NCBI GenBank assembly: GCA_964035545.1
Contig: OZ037765.1
Coordinates: 14,518,698 to 14,582,697 of the forward strand
DNA: 64,000 bases
Direction: 5' to 3'
Source of the DNA: Bugula neritina
Taxonomy: Eukaryota > Animalia > Bryozoa
Shown here: one piece after another, positions 53,651 through 64,000 of the stretch
How the letters are laid out: the number at the start of each line of letters is the position of its first letter
How positions within the stretch are numbered: position 1 is the first letter of the stretch
Notes under the pieces: generated by a model
The model's database searches: none
What the model saw: only the letters and a program-made list of their open reading frames with translations
What the model was told of the DNA's origin: nothing
Position numbers and translations under genes: made by a program

Positions 53651-53981
53651 GTGGTATATATTAGGAGTGTTGACATTAGGTAATCTTACGGAATCATATG
53701 GGCGCCATTATGCCGAGATTGGTACCGCGAGTTTATATAAGTTATAAACGAAAAACTTTGTCACTTTTGTTATTTTATTTTTTTTCTATTTTATGTGTAC
53801 ATTTTTTTTAGTTTTGTTTATTGGTAAAGTTTTTAAACACATTTTTTATGCACACAACATTTTAAAAAAAATTAAAACTCAATCATGCACATAAATACAA
53901 AGCTATAAAGTTGAAGCTTCGCTGTGATTACAATGTGAATATGAATTGAATAATGCTTGCAATAACCATTCTACACAAAAT
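53651..53981 (+). mobile_element. Partial copy of the 19674 TIR family, inverted relative to 61066-61537
   Basis: Direct sequence similarity to 19730-20000 and reverse-complement similarity to 61124-61428. Confidence 0.8.
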
Positions 53982-54097
53982 CATGTAGCACCGAGATCAG
54001 ATACGGCCGGAGGAGGAGTGAACGGAGAGAGAGAGAGATTGTCACCACCTGCAGGTGTGGATAGTTAGAGAAGTGGAGAGGGAGGATACTGTTATCA

Positions 54098-55192
54098 TCA
54101 GTCTTGGTCGCCTCGTTTGAGTAGGGCCACGGAGGCTTTGAGAGTCCTCATCTCTGAGGCGGCTGCGGTAACTCTGGGGGTTAACCGTTGAATTTCAGCT
54201 TCTAAGTCGTACATGCGAAGTTCAACTTCTTTTAAGTTGCGAGCGGTGGGAGCCTGCCGTTTTGGGGAGGAGGAATGCCAGCGGCGTTTAGAAGAAGGTT
54301 GTATAGAAACGGAAGAGGGGGAGCATCGTTTTCGAGGTATCTCGACTCTTTAGAGCAGGACTCCTGGTAGGGTGGTGGGTCGAGGTACAGTTTGAGCTGG
54401 AGGAGAGTGGGGTGGCTTTGTAGATTTCCTGTGTCTGGGGGGTTTCAGACACGGTCCATGAGTGATGATGCGAGGGGAGGGGAATCCTTGTTTCAGTCGC
54501 TCGAAACAGGGAAGGTCTTTAATGAAAGGCTTGATCAGGTTGAGGAAGGTGGGGAAGTTATATTGATCCACATCATACAGGTGCCCCACATGGCATTCCA
54601 TGGTGCGCTGGTGTCTGAGGATGTAGTCCCTGTGGTAACTAAATTCACCACAGGGACAGAGGGTAGTTAAGAAGTGTTGCGGTACATGGACGCGCAAACG
54701 GCGATGGGTAGAGAAGTGCTGCTGACACAGCCTGCAGGTGGTGCATTCATCATGGCCGCGGCGTAGCTGAATCTGCTCTTCTGTTTCTGGTGCGACCCAG
54801 CTATGTTGTTGGAGTAGCACGTCAGGTAGAGATGTGGGAGGTGTCTCACCGTTCCAGGCTAGCTCTAGTGGTGGCATGTCTCCGTAGTTGGGAGAGCGAG
54901 TGGCGTCTAAAAGAGCAGAATTATTGTTAGATCGAGTTTGATCTTTACAGCATAATTCTGATGACAATCGACTGTTACTAGTCTGAGAGTCATGCATCTT
55001 TTTATACGGCACTCGAGAGACTGTGTCAGAACGTGTAAACTGACTGAGAGACATAGTATCAAGCTCCAGATCTAGTAGATCGTCCGCCATTACTATGTCC
55101 TCGTCGTCATTCATGTGTGACTCTGTCTCCAGTAACTGTGATTCAATCAGATTGATTAAATCAGAGTTGACTGAGGTGAGATCTATTTCCAT
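54098..55192 (-). pseudogene. Gypsy-2 ORF3: ~364-aa zinc-finger / coiled-coil protein, one premature TAA at 54350
   Basis: ATG 55192; acidic N-terminus; canonical C2H2 CRLCQQHFSTHRRLRVHVPQH then CPC-x12-H-x5-CH; read-through gives PRKR, SKRR, PKR and NLKEVELRMYDLEAEIQRL..MRTLKASVALLK, ending TGA TGA TAA. Confidence 0.65.
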
Positions 55193-55239
55193 TAGTGGAG
55201 TGTTAGATCTAAGCAAGCTTACCTGGGAACTCGGTATTT

Positions 55240-58200
55240 ATACTCATACTCGACGTTCAAGCTTGGATGTGGATGGATTAAAAACCACGTCTGCTCTTGA
55301 CCGCGTCAGCGTAGGAAAAGGCTGGGCAGCGTGTTTGTTGTGCGAGACCGGAACTATGTGCCCGGAGAGTGGTAATTCCACTCGCTATTCCGTTTTCGCA
55401 AAACTTGGTTTTTCCGTGGTGTTCATAACTCCCACGCTTTGCTGCCAGTCTTTCCGTACGGCGCCCAGCTGGACTTTCATACCTGCCGCTTGTAATGCGG
55501 TCGCATACGAAGTCTTGAAGATAAGCTGGGGGTCTTTTAGTACGTTGTCCCCTTTCAAGGGGGGAGATGTACTAGTGGTAGACGCCGGGGAAGGTGGGGT
55601 AGCTGGTGAGGGAGGTGGTGTACTCACCAGTAGGTTGTTATTTTTCACTGGTGGTGTTTCCTGCCTCCCGTCAGCCGTCATTCTCTCTTCCCCTTTGTTC
55701 TCTCCGGACGGAGCCCCTCCCGTGTGGGGGTTTTGCACTTCCGGAAGTATATTTAGTTCCGGAAGTGGTGGTGGTAGCCCTGGGGCCGGACGGCTTGGCT
55801 CTGGAGGCAGAGGGTGTGGCCCCGTTGGGGGGGGGTGGCCTCTCTTGCCTTGCCAAGTCTTCTGTCCGTGGCATGACCCACTCATCATTGGGTTTATGCC
55901 GCCGCCGCCCGCGTATCGTTGTCTGCCTCCTGGGCTCTAACAATGGGGGGCACCCCCGGCCGCACCTGGGCTAGCCCAATAGGGTTTCAAGCGGGCTTCA
56001 TTCTGGACAGATATTTGTCCAGACCGCTCCAACTTGTAAGTGTGATTGGGCATCACCTCAACTACCACGTAGGGTCCTACAAACTTAGGCTGTAGTTTAG
56101 CCGCCTGTCCGCGACGCCTACGGTAGTTGATCATCCAGACCCAGTCTCTGGTCTGGTAGAGGGGTGGCTCGTCAGCATCTTTCTGTCGCACCTGCCACTG
56201 CTTATCCCGCAGTATTTCGTGTGCGACTTTCAGACGCTCTATCAATTCCCCAGCGTACTCGTGGACAGAGTATTCTGGTTCTGGAATATGATAGGCGAGG
56301 TGGTCGGGCACTCGTGTCTCACGACCGAGTGTCAAGAGGTTGGGGGTCTCGCCGGTGCTGATATGTGGCGTGCTGCGGTAGGCCCGCATGACCTGCGGCA
56401 ACACGAGATCCCACTCCTCCTAGCCTCGGCCGAGTAGTAGACTGCGGAGTGCATCGCCCAGCATCCGGTTGTTGCGTTCGACCACTCCGTTACCCTGAGG
56501 GTGGTATGGAGTGGTCCTACTTTGGTTTACTCCCCAGAGGCGACAGAGGTCGCTCATCAGTTGAGGCTGGAATTGCGACCCCTGGTCCGAGTGTAGTTGC
56601 TCGGGCAACCCAAAGTAGCAGAATACACGCTGGTCTAGTGTGCTGGCCACTGTCGGGGCAAACGTATCCGGAATGGCCAGCGCGTCGGCCCACCTAGTGA
56701 AGTGGTCGGTCAGCACTAGAATCCAGCTGTTTCCTCTGGGGGTGAGGGGCATGGGTCCGACCAAGTCAACAGCTACCACCTGTCAGGGCCTACCAGCATA
56801 TAGCCTACGCCGTCCCGCCTCCCTGGGGAGACGGCCATGCTTGCTGGCCTGGCAGACTTCGCATTGTTTGATCCTTAGGCGGACGTCACGCTCCATATTG
56901 GGCCAATACCACCGGAGCCTTAGCTTGGTAAGCACCCTTTGAACTCCGGCGTGAGCCTGTCGGTGAGTGTCCCATACTAGCTCCCGGCGCATGGCGGTTA
57001 GGCAGATCACCCTTTCTCGACCAGGGTGTCCCTGGTCGGCGGCCAAGGTGATGGTCAGCAGACCATCTGGCCCGATCCGCAGAGAGTCCCAGCGTTGGCA
57101 GTACAGCCGTAACTCGGCGCACCCCTGCCGCAGCTGTTCTTCGCTGGGTCATCGCCCTTCTCGTTTAGCTCGATATATGTCGGCTACCACCCCAGGGAGG
57201 TTCTCCTAGAGTTTCTGCAGCTCTCTGACATTACGAGCTAAGACAGGGTTGGCGCGGAGGTTGTTGACAGCCTCCGGTGGGTTAGGACTCCTTGGTTTGA
57301 GTTGACCTTGGTCCCAGTCGTAGCTCACTCCAGGGTGGTCCAGTGTCGCCAACTCGAATCTTGGGGGACCCCCATCCCTTCTCTCAATGTTGTGACACTG
57401 TTTGCACCCCTCGTCCGGTCGCCGACTCAGTCCGTCCGCATTGCCGTGTTTCTTACCGGGTCGATGTTCGATCCGGTATGAAAATTCGGCTAGGACTTCG
57501 AGCCATCGGGCGACTTGACTGGATGGTTCAGCTCTCTTACACAGCCAGATCAAAGAGGTGTGGTCTGTCCGCAAGCAGAACGGCCTACCATAGAGATAAG
57601 GCCGGAAGTGTTTCACTGACTTGATTACTGCCAGCAACTCCTTGCGAGTGGTGCAGTAATTGCGCTCTGGGGGTGAGAGTGATTTGCTGTAGTAAGCTAC
57701 GACTACTTCACGGCCTTCTTGCACTTGCGACAGCACAGCGCCAACGTTCTGGTCACTGGCGTCAGTGTCAAGAACGTACTCCAGAGCGGGGTCTGGGTAG
57801 GCTAGAATTGGAGCCTCTAGCAAGCGGCTATTGAGACTGTCAAATGCCCTTTGTTCGTCGGACGTCTACTGCCAGGTCACTCCCTTTGCGGTGAGCCGAT
57901 TTAACGGCTGTGCAACCCCCGCAAAGTCTGGTATGTACTGTCTGTAATACCCTACCAGCCCCAGGAAAGCCCGGAGTCCGGTCAAATCCTGGGGGGTGAC
58001 CCAGTCGGTTACAGCCCGCACCTTATCGGGGTCCGTTGCCACGCCATTACGGCCGACTACGTGCCCCATGTACTTCACCTCCGGCTGCAAAAGAGCGCAT
58101 TTGGAAGGTGTGAGCTTGAGACCGGCACCTCGGAGTCGCTCGAAGACCTCCCGCAAACGACTGACATGGGTCGTGAAGTCTGGGGAGATTACGATAACAT

Positions 58201-60611
58201 CATCGAGGTAGACGAGCAATGTTTTCCAGTGGAGGCCACTGAGAACCTGTTCCATGAGCCGCTGAAAGGTAGCGGGAGCAGAAGTTAACCCGAAGGGCAG
58301 TACCTTCCATTTCCACAACCCGTCTCTGGTGATGAACGCCGCTTTCTCCTGGGCGTCGGGACTGAGGGGGACTTGCCAGTAGCCACTCAGCAAGTCTAAA
58401 GTACTGAAGTACTTGCTGCCGGCTAAGGCGTCCAGGGATTCGTCGATCCGAGGTAGAGGGTAGGCGTCCTGTATGGTTACGCTATTAAGCTTGCGGTAAT
58501 CCACACAGAACCGCCAACTGCCGTCTTTCTTCCGGACCAGAACGACCGGTGAGCTCCACGCACTATGTGCAGGCTCTATGAGGCCGCGGTCCAGAAGATC
58601 CCGGACTTGTCGGCTGACCTCCTTCTCCTTCTCCGGCCCCAGTCTCCGGGTGAGTTGGCGGATAGGCAAAGTCCCGGCAGCTAGCGGTATCTCGTGACGG
58701 ACGGCTCTAGTCAAGCCCACGTCCTGGTCTCCGCTGCTGAACACGTCCCCATACTGGCGCAGCAACTGGGCCATAGCTTGGCGCTCCTTGTTGCCCGCAC
58801 AGCCTTCACAGGCTGACTGGTATAGTTCTTGGACGTGTTCCGGGACGGTCCCCCAGCTGTACAGACGGGCGCTCTTGGGGACCCTCCGTCGCTTCGCCCA
58901 GCGAGGGTCTTATGTCTCCCTCTTGGACCGCGTGGAAACGGCCCAATAGGGATCCAGACGGTAGTGTCACCGACTCTAAAAAGGGGTTGACGCACTGCAC
59001 CAAGATCTCCCCTCTGTCAGTCAGCCGATTCAAGCTGCTGGCGAGTTGGATTCTCTTGTGCGTTCCTTCAACGACCCCTAGTCCAGAGAGTTGGCGGTCA
59101 TTCACTCTGCAGTGAATGGTCGTCCGGGAGCGGCCGGGTACCGTACAGTTACGGACCACCTGCACACCCCCGACCAGGGGGCGACCGAACTCGTCGACAC
59201 AGGAAAGCTCCCGGCCTGCCATTAGTATGGCGGACTTATGGAAGTCTATGTGGCACTGGTGTCGCTTCAAGAACGGTGTCCCCAGGATAGCGTCCTCTTC
59301 CAGCTGGCTGAGGATAAAGGTTTCCTGGATGGCCTGGTCGCGGACGCGGCCAGGCAGCTCTACAACACCGTAGAAGGGGATACGCGACCCGTCTGCGAGG
59401 GTGCCAGGTTCCCCGGTGTAGGGAGCTAACTCCTTCCTCACCTGGGCAGGAAGGGCATCGAAGACTCGTCTGCTGAGGAGATTCGTGTTGCAACCGGAGT
59501 CTAGCAAGAACGTGACGGCCTTGCCGGCTACCTCCCCGGGCAGGAAGTAGCTTTCTCCATGCGGTTGCAACCTTACTTCCCCAACATGCGTAGCCTCGGT
59601 CAAACGGCGGGGTGTCCGTTTGGTGGTCTGCTGGCGCCGCTTCTTCGGCGGAGGGGTGTTTAATCCCCCTCCGATGTCCCGAGGGACATCGCCGGCCAGC
59701 TCCGTCTCCGGTAGCTGGCTGAAGCGGTTGGTGATTGGTAGGACAAACGGCTCCTGTCGCCCGATAGGGCGGATGGTCCGTCGTGGTATCTGCCATTCAC
59801 GGGGTACATCCCGTGATTGCTCCCTCTTCCGCCCGCGGGGCCTCTTTCTGGGTTGGGGGTCTCCGGAGCGGGGAGGCCCTGGCTTGTCACTTCTCCTACT
59901 CCGGGTAGTCTTCTCCGAGGTCTCTCCTTTTTGTCCTCGGTTAGGGGGCCCGGCATTGGTAAGGGTCTTTGCCATCTGTTTCAGTCTGGCGCCCAGCCGG
60001 CCCATCTTCTCTCCGAGTGATTGGGCTATATCCGCGCTGACTGGTGTGCCTTCTGTTTTCCCTGTATATAACTGCTCAGCCCGGAGGTAGTCTTCCCCGA
60101 CTTGTAGGGCACTTTCTAGAGTGGTCACTCCCTTTGCCTGTAGTTGATGGCAAAGACCCACATCTTTTAGGGATTGCATGAAGTCAATGAGAGTAAAGTT
60201 CCGTCAGTGTGCTTCTGGCAGGTCGCTGTACGCGCTCCGTGCCAGTCTTTTCACTAAGGCAACGTGGTCGCGGAGCGGAGTGTCTTCCGCCTGGCGTAGC
60301 ACTTGTAGACGGGCCCTGGTTTCCAGAGCGGAGGTGCCAAAACGGCTCCGTAGTGTAGTGAATATCTCCGCCACGCTCCGTCCTTGTCCGAACGGTCTAG
60401 CGCGCTCCGTCAATACTTCCCGCAGCTTGACGAGGGCTACTTGTGGCGGCCATTGAGCGACATTTGCTACATCGTGGAATTCCTCAATGAATTGCTCTAC
60501 ATCTTCTACACCCGTGAAGGTGGGAGCGGTCAGTTTATGTCTATACACCTCCTCCATATGCAAGAAATTGGCTGGCTTACCTCCCGGGTGTTTTGTGCTG
60601 TGTTCTGTCAT
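55240..60611 (-). pseudogene. pol: Gypsy-2 gag-pol with Pro-rich post-integrase tail; several stops and frameshifts
   Basis: APTFTGVEDVEQFIEEF; FLLDSG; YLDD; TDAS; VDLVGP, SDQG, VER; VGPY; RT near-identical to Gypsy-1. Confidence 0.92.
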
Positions 60612-60982
60612 GTTCTCCGTCTTTTCATTGTCTCAGCTAGAATAATCCCACTGCTGCCACCACTGTTGTGTGATGCACAATGATTATGTGGGCTTCTAGT
60701 GAGTTATTGGCATTTAGTCACAAGCAATTCACCGGTAGTTTCGTTCGTAAACTTTATTATAAACTGTATAATATAATGTAAAAATCTCTATAAGTATCAC
60801 CACATTTGCTACTTTACATCGCTGCAAGTACACGCTAACTAACTAAATATTGTTCTGCTTGTCTTAATCCAATAGTTGCCAATCACTCTCTGTGATTGGC
60901 AGGGGGATACGCGTGAGGCGTAAACCACGCCCCATTACAATACGAATAGCTAGTTGCTGAGAGGAATAGGATGGCCCCAGGG

Positions 60983-61065
60983 GATCTGTGGTTTGCGTAT
61001 CTCAGTTTGAACGGTTCTTCACTTAGGCCAATGTATGTTGCAGGCTTTTTTTCGGTAGTTTGAAA
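60983..61065 (-). mobile_element. Tiny second Penelope-like GIY-YIG fragment
   Basis: ATYIGLSEEPFKLRYANHR aligns with NTYIGLCEINFKKRLYNHT at ~52850-52905. Confidence 0.65.
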
Positions 61066-61537
61066 CTTACCATGCCTATTTGCATCCAATTTATTAGTCT
61101 TACAGTTATAGCAACTGTAACGTATTTTGTGTAAAATGGTTATTGCAAGCATTATTCAATTCATATTCACATTGTAATCACAGCAAAGCCTAAACTTTAT
61201 AGCTTTGTATTTACGTGCATGATTGAGTTTTAATTTTTTTAAAAAATTTATATGCATTGAAAATATGTTTAAAAACTTTACCAATAAATAAAACTAAAAA
61301 AAATAAACACAGAAAATAAAAAAAACAAAAAAACAAAAGTGGCAAAATCTTTCCTTTATGACTCATATAAACTAGCGGTACCAATAGCGGCATAATGATT
61401 TTTCATGGTTTAAAGTCAACACTCCTAAATATACCAAACTGTCATAACCTTTATAATCTCGCGGCACAATATCGCGGTATAATGATTTCTTATGCCCTAA
61501 AGTTGCCATTCTAGATACCTATCATTTCTGTTGGCTA
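61066..61537 (-). mobile_element. Left-end copy of the 19674 TIR family including its TAGCC terminus
   Basis: Reverse complement starts TAGCCAACAGAAATGATAGGTATCTAGAATGGCAACTTTAGGG, matching 19674 onward. Confidence 0.8.
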
Positions 61538-63363
61538 TTACGCAACCAAATTGCAACTAGCCGAGCCGCTAGAATCTAGATGGACCACAAATTGGCGGGT
61601 AGCTTTCACTTCTGCGCATCAACGTAAACTATAATATAGCTACAAGTACTAGCCAGTAATCTGAAAATCTCAACATTTTGTATTTCTGTATCTTTGTTGC
61701 TGGCTTGATCCATTTCAGTTGTGCTCCAAACTTTACTTTTACTTTATAGTAGAGGTGAGTTACGAGGTGAGTTAGTTGAAAATGGTGATACTGATACTCA
61801 GTATTGACTATTGTACTATACCTATTACTATTACTATTAGTATTACTATTACTATTAGTATTAGTATTACTATTACTATTAGTATTAGTATTACTATTAC
61901 TATTAGTATTGCCATTAGTAGTACTCGTAGTCATACTCATAGTCATAGAGTCATAGTGATCGTGATAGTCATAGTCAGTGATTCTGATAGTAATACCTGT
62001 GACTGATACCGATACTTTTATAGTGATACTGATACTGATAGTCATACTGAAATGATAGTAATACTGATGCAGTCAAACTCAATGTCAATGTGAATGTCAT
62101 ACTAATGCCAATGGCCAATGGGCAATGGTATCTCTAAGAGTAAGACTAAGAGTCTTACTCGTACTGATAATGACACTCATACTCATAGTGATAGTCATAC
62201 GGATACTGAATCTGATAGAATCATAGATGATACTTGATGGTTGATGGTGACACTCATACTCATACTGATAGTGATACGGATAGCGAATGCATTCGTGATA
62301 GTCCTACGGCTACTGACACTCACAACTCATCATTAGGCCTATAATATTATTAGTATACTCTATTACCATTAGTGATTACTAATAGTATTACTATTACTAT
62401 TGCTCATCATCAGTGAGTCTCATTGTGACTGTCACACTGACTCTGAGACTCAGTGACCGGTAAAAATGGCACAGTAAAATGGCACAAGTAATAATGATAA
62501 TCATTAATGGTATAGGTAATAGTGGCACAAATAAACAAGTAGGTAAACACTGCACATTTTTATTATTATGGGTTGGGGTGAAAATTTGGCCTTTGGAGTT
62601 GAGATGGGAGTTTATGTTTAGAGTGTGGGAAATTTCAACGTCATTCACAGTGTGCCATTTTTACCTACTTTTTTCATTTGTGCGATTATTACCTGTGCCA
62701 TTTTCACACAAAATCCTGATACTCAGAGTTACTCACTGTCAGTGTCACACTCACAGGGAAGTCACTGAGTTTAAATCACAATGAGTTAATAAGTTTGACT
62801 TCATCATAGTTATAAACAAAATCATAATGTCATAGTCATACTGATGGTGATGCTAGTAGCCGATAGGGCACCAGTTACTTAGTACTGATGGCCATTGGTG
62901 ATGTTAGGACGAGCATTCAGTAGTAATTATTCCTGTGCCCTATCCGGATAAGTCCTTAGCCCAATTTAACAAAAAAACCTTTCCATCAGAGGTTTCTCAC
63001 AGGGATAGCGATTGTGAACTTGTGTGAGTTTATAAAAAATGTTGCTATTTAGCCAATTAACATTGCAAAGCTAAAACCAAATAATATTTTAACATGGAAT
63101 AAAGTAGAAAATGAAAATGCTAGGAATAGGTTGCAGATGTGGTCAGTATACATATATAGTAATTGTTGAATATTCTGGTTAATGTTGATAAGTTTAATAC
63201 TGATACTGGTTTTAAGGCATGATAGTGGACATATTGTGAGCATCTCTTGGAGGCACAATTTTCAAATATGGCTGTGACTACACTCAACTCATCACTATTA
63301 ATAGATTATTTATACTGTATTTTATCTTGATTTCAGATACTTAGCCTAAAAGCCTAAAATAAG

Positions 63364-63396
63364 ATGGAAAGTCTTTTAACACAAGGCAGTCTAAAG
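63364..63396 (+). CDS. Possible first coding exon of a gene running out of the window (RPA1-like N-terminus)
   Basis: Acceptor TTTCAG at 63336, [11 protein letters not shown], then a GT donor; resembles the RPA70 start (M.xLSxGAI); candidate upstream donors GAG|GTGAGT near 61755 and 61768 and E2F-like TTGGCGGG at 61592. Only 11 codons. Confidence 0.3.
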
Positions 63397-63401
63397 GTAG
63401 T

Positions 63402-63558
<157 letters not shown>

Positions 63559-64000
63559 GTAGTGTGTTCAGATTGTTAATGATACATATATATTTTTTAT
63601 TTATATATATATATAATTCAAATTTTATGCCATAAGTCAAAGGGAATTATTTAGCCTTGCTGATGCACTTTTCCAGAAATAAAGTAGCTGTTATATTAGA
63701 GTTTTCTTTATTTGACATTTTTTTTATTATTGATATATTTTCTTATTTAACTAGAATCTTTATGGTAATTAGATTTTTTACATACACAGTATAAACTATA
63801 AAATTATAATGTACCTACATACATACATATCCGTAGACCCGAACAACATATACTGCAACACTATGTTCGCATAAATTGTAGAAACTTCTTGATGAAGTTC
63901 CTTTGTCATCAACATTTCAACCTGTGTTACAAGTGGTGGCTCTGAAAGAGATTGCTAAAGGGCCCAACCTTCGTTATAGAGTATATCTGCATGATGGACT

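Larger units (their letters stand above)
53982..60939 (-). mobile_element. 3'-truncated Ty3/Gypsy element (Gypsy-2), same lineage as Gypsy-1
   Basis: 5' LTR 60939-60664 (276 bp, TGTAATGG...CA), PBS TGGTGGCAGCAGTGGGAT 60662-60645, gag-PR-RT-RH-INT; no PPT or 3' LTR found. Confidence 0.93.

Noticed and set aside
55095-55940. 281-aa plus-strand ORF and other antisense ORFs within the Gypsy elements
   Set aside because: Shadow frames of GC-rich coding sequence with no motifs.

Overview
AT-rich, intron-containing animal (invertebrate-like) genomic DNA; no CRISPR, rRNA or tRNA genes seen. Host genes reconstructed by hand from splice sites: a 20-coding-exon Janus kinase (JAK, minus, ~1178 aa), RPS15 (plus, 149 aa, head-to-head with JAK), OTUD6B (minus, ~291 aa, tail-to-tail with RPS15), and possibly the first coding exon of RPA1 near the right edge. 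Mobile DNA: a full-length Ty3/Gypsy element (2802-10240; ~99% identical LTRs, tRNA-Leu PBS, -1 frameshift signal) apparently inside a decayed AcademX-like DNA transposon; a related 3'-truncated Gypsy (minus); three solo LTRs with ATAT target duplications; an orphan gag, a LINE remnant, a Penelope-like GIY-YIG fragment with a hammerhead ribozyme motif, a hAT remnant and several MITEs. Best candidate for an undescribed system: both Gypsy elements carry a non-env third ORF after pol (in element 2 it is transcription-factor-like: acidic region, tandem zinc fingers, basic patch, coiled coil, with a TATA box upstream), and LTRs of the lineage carry a palindromic array before the TATA box and a covarying hairpin after it. 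That these parts form a self-regulatory circuit is a hypothesis, not shown. All coordinates were read by eye.
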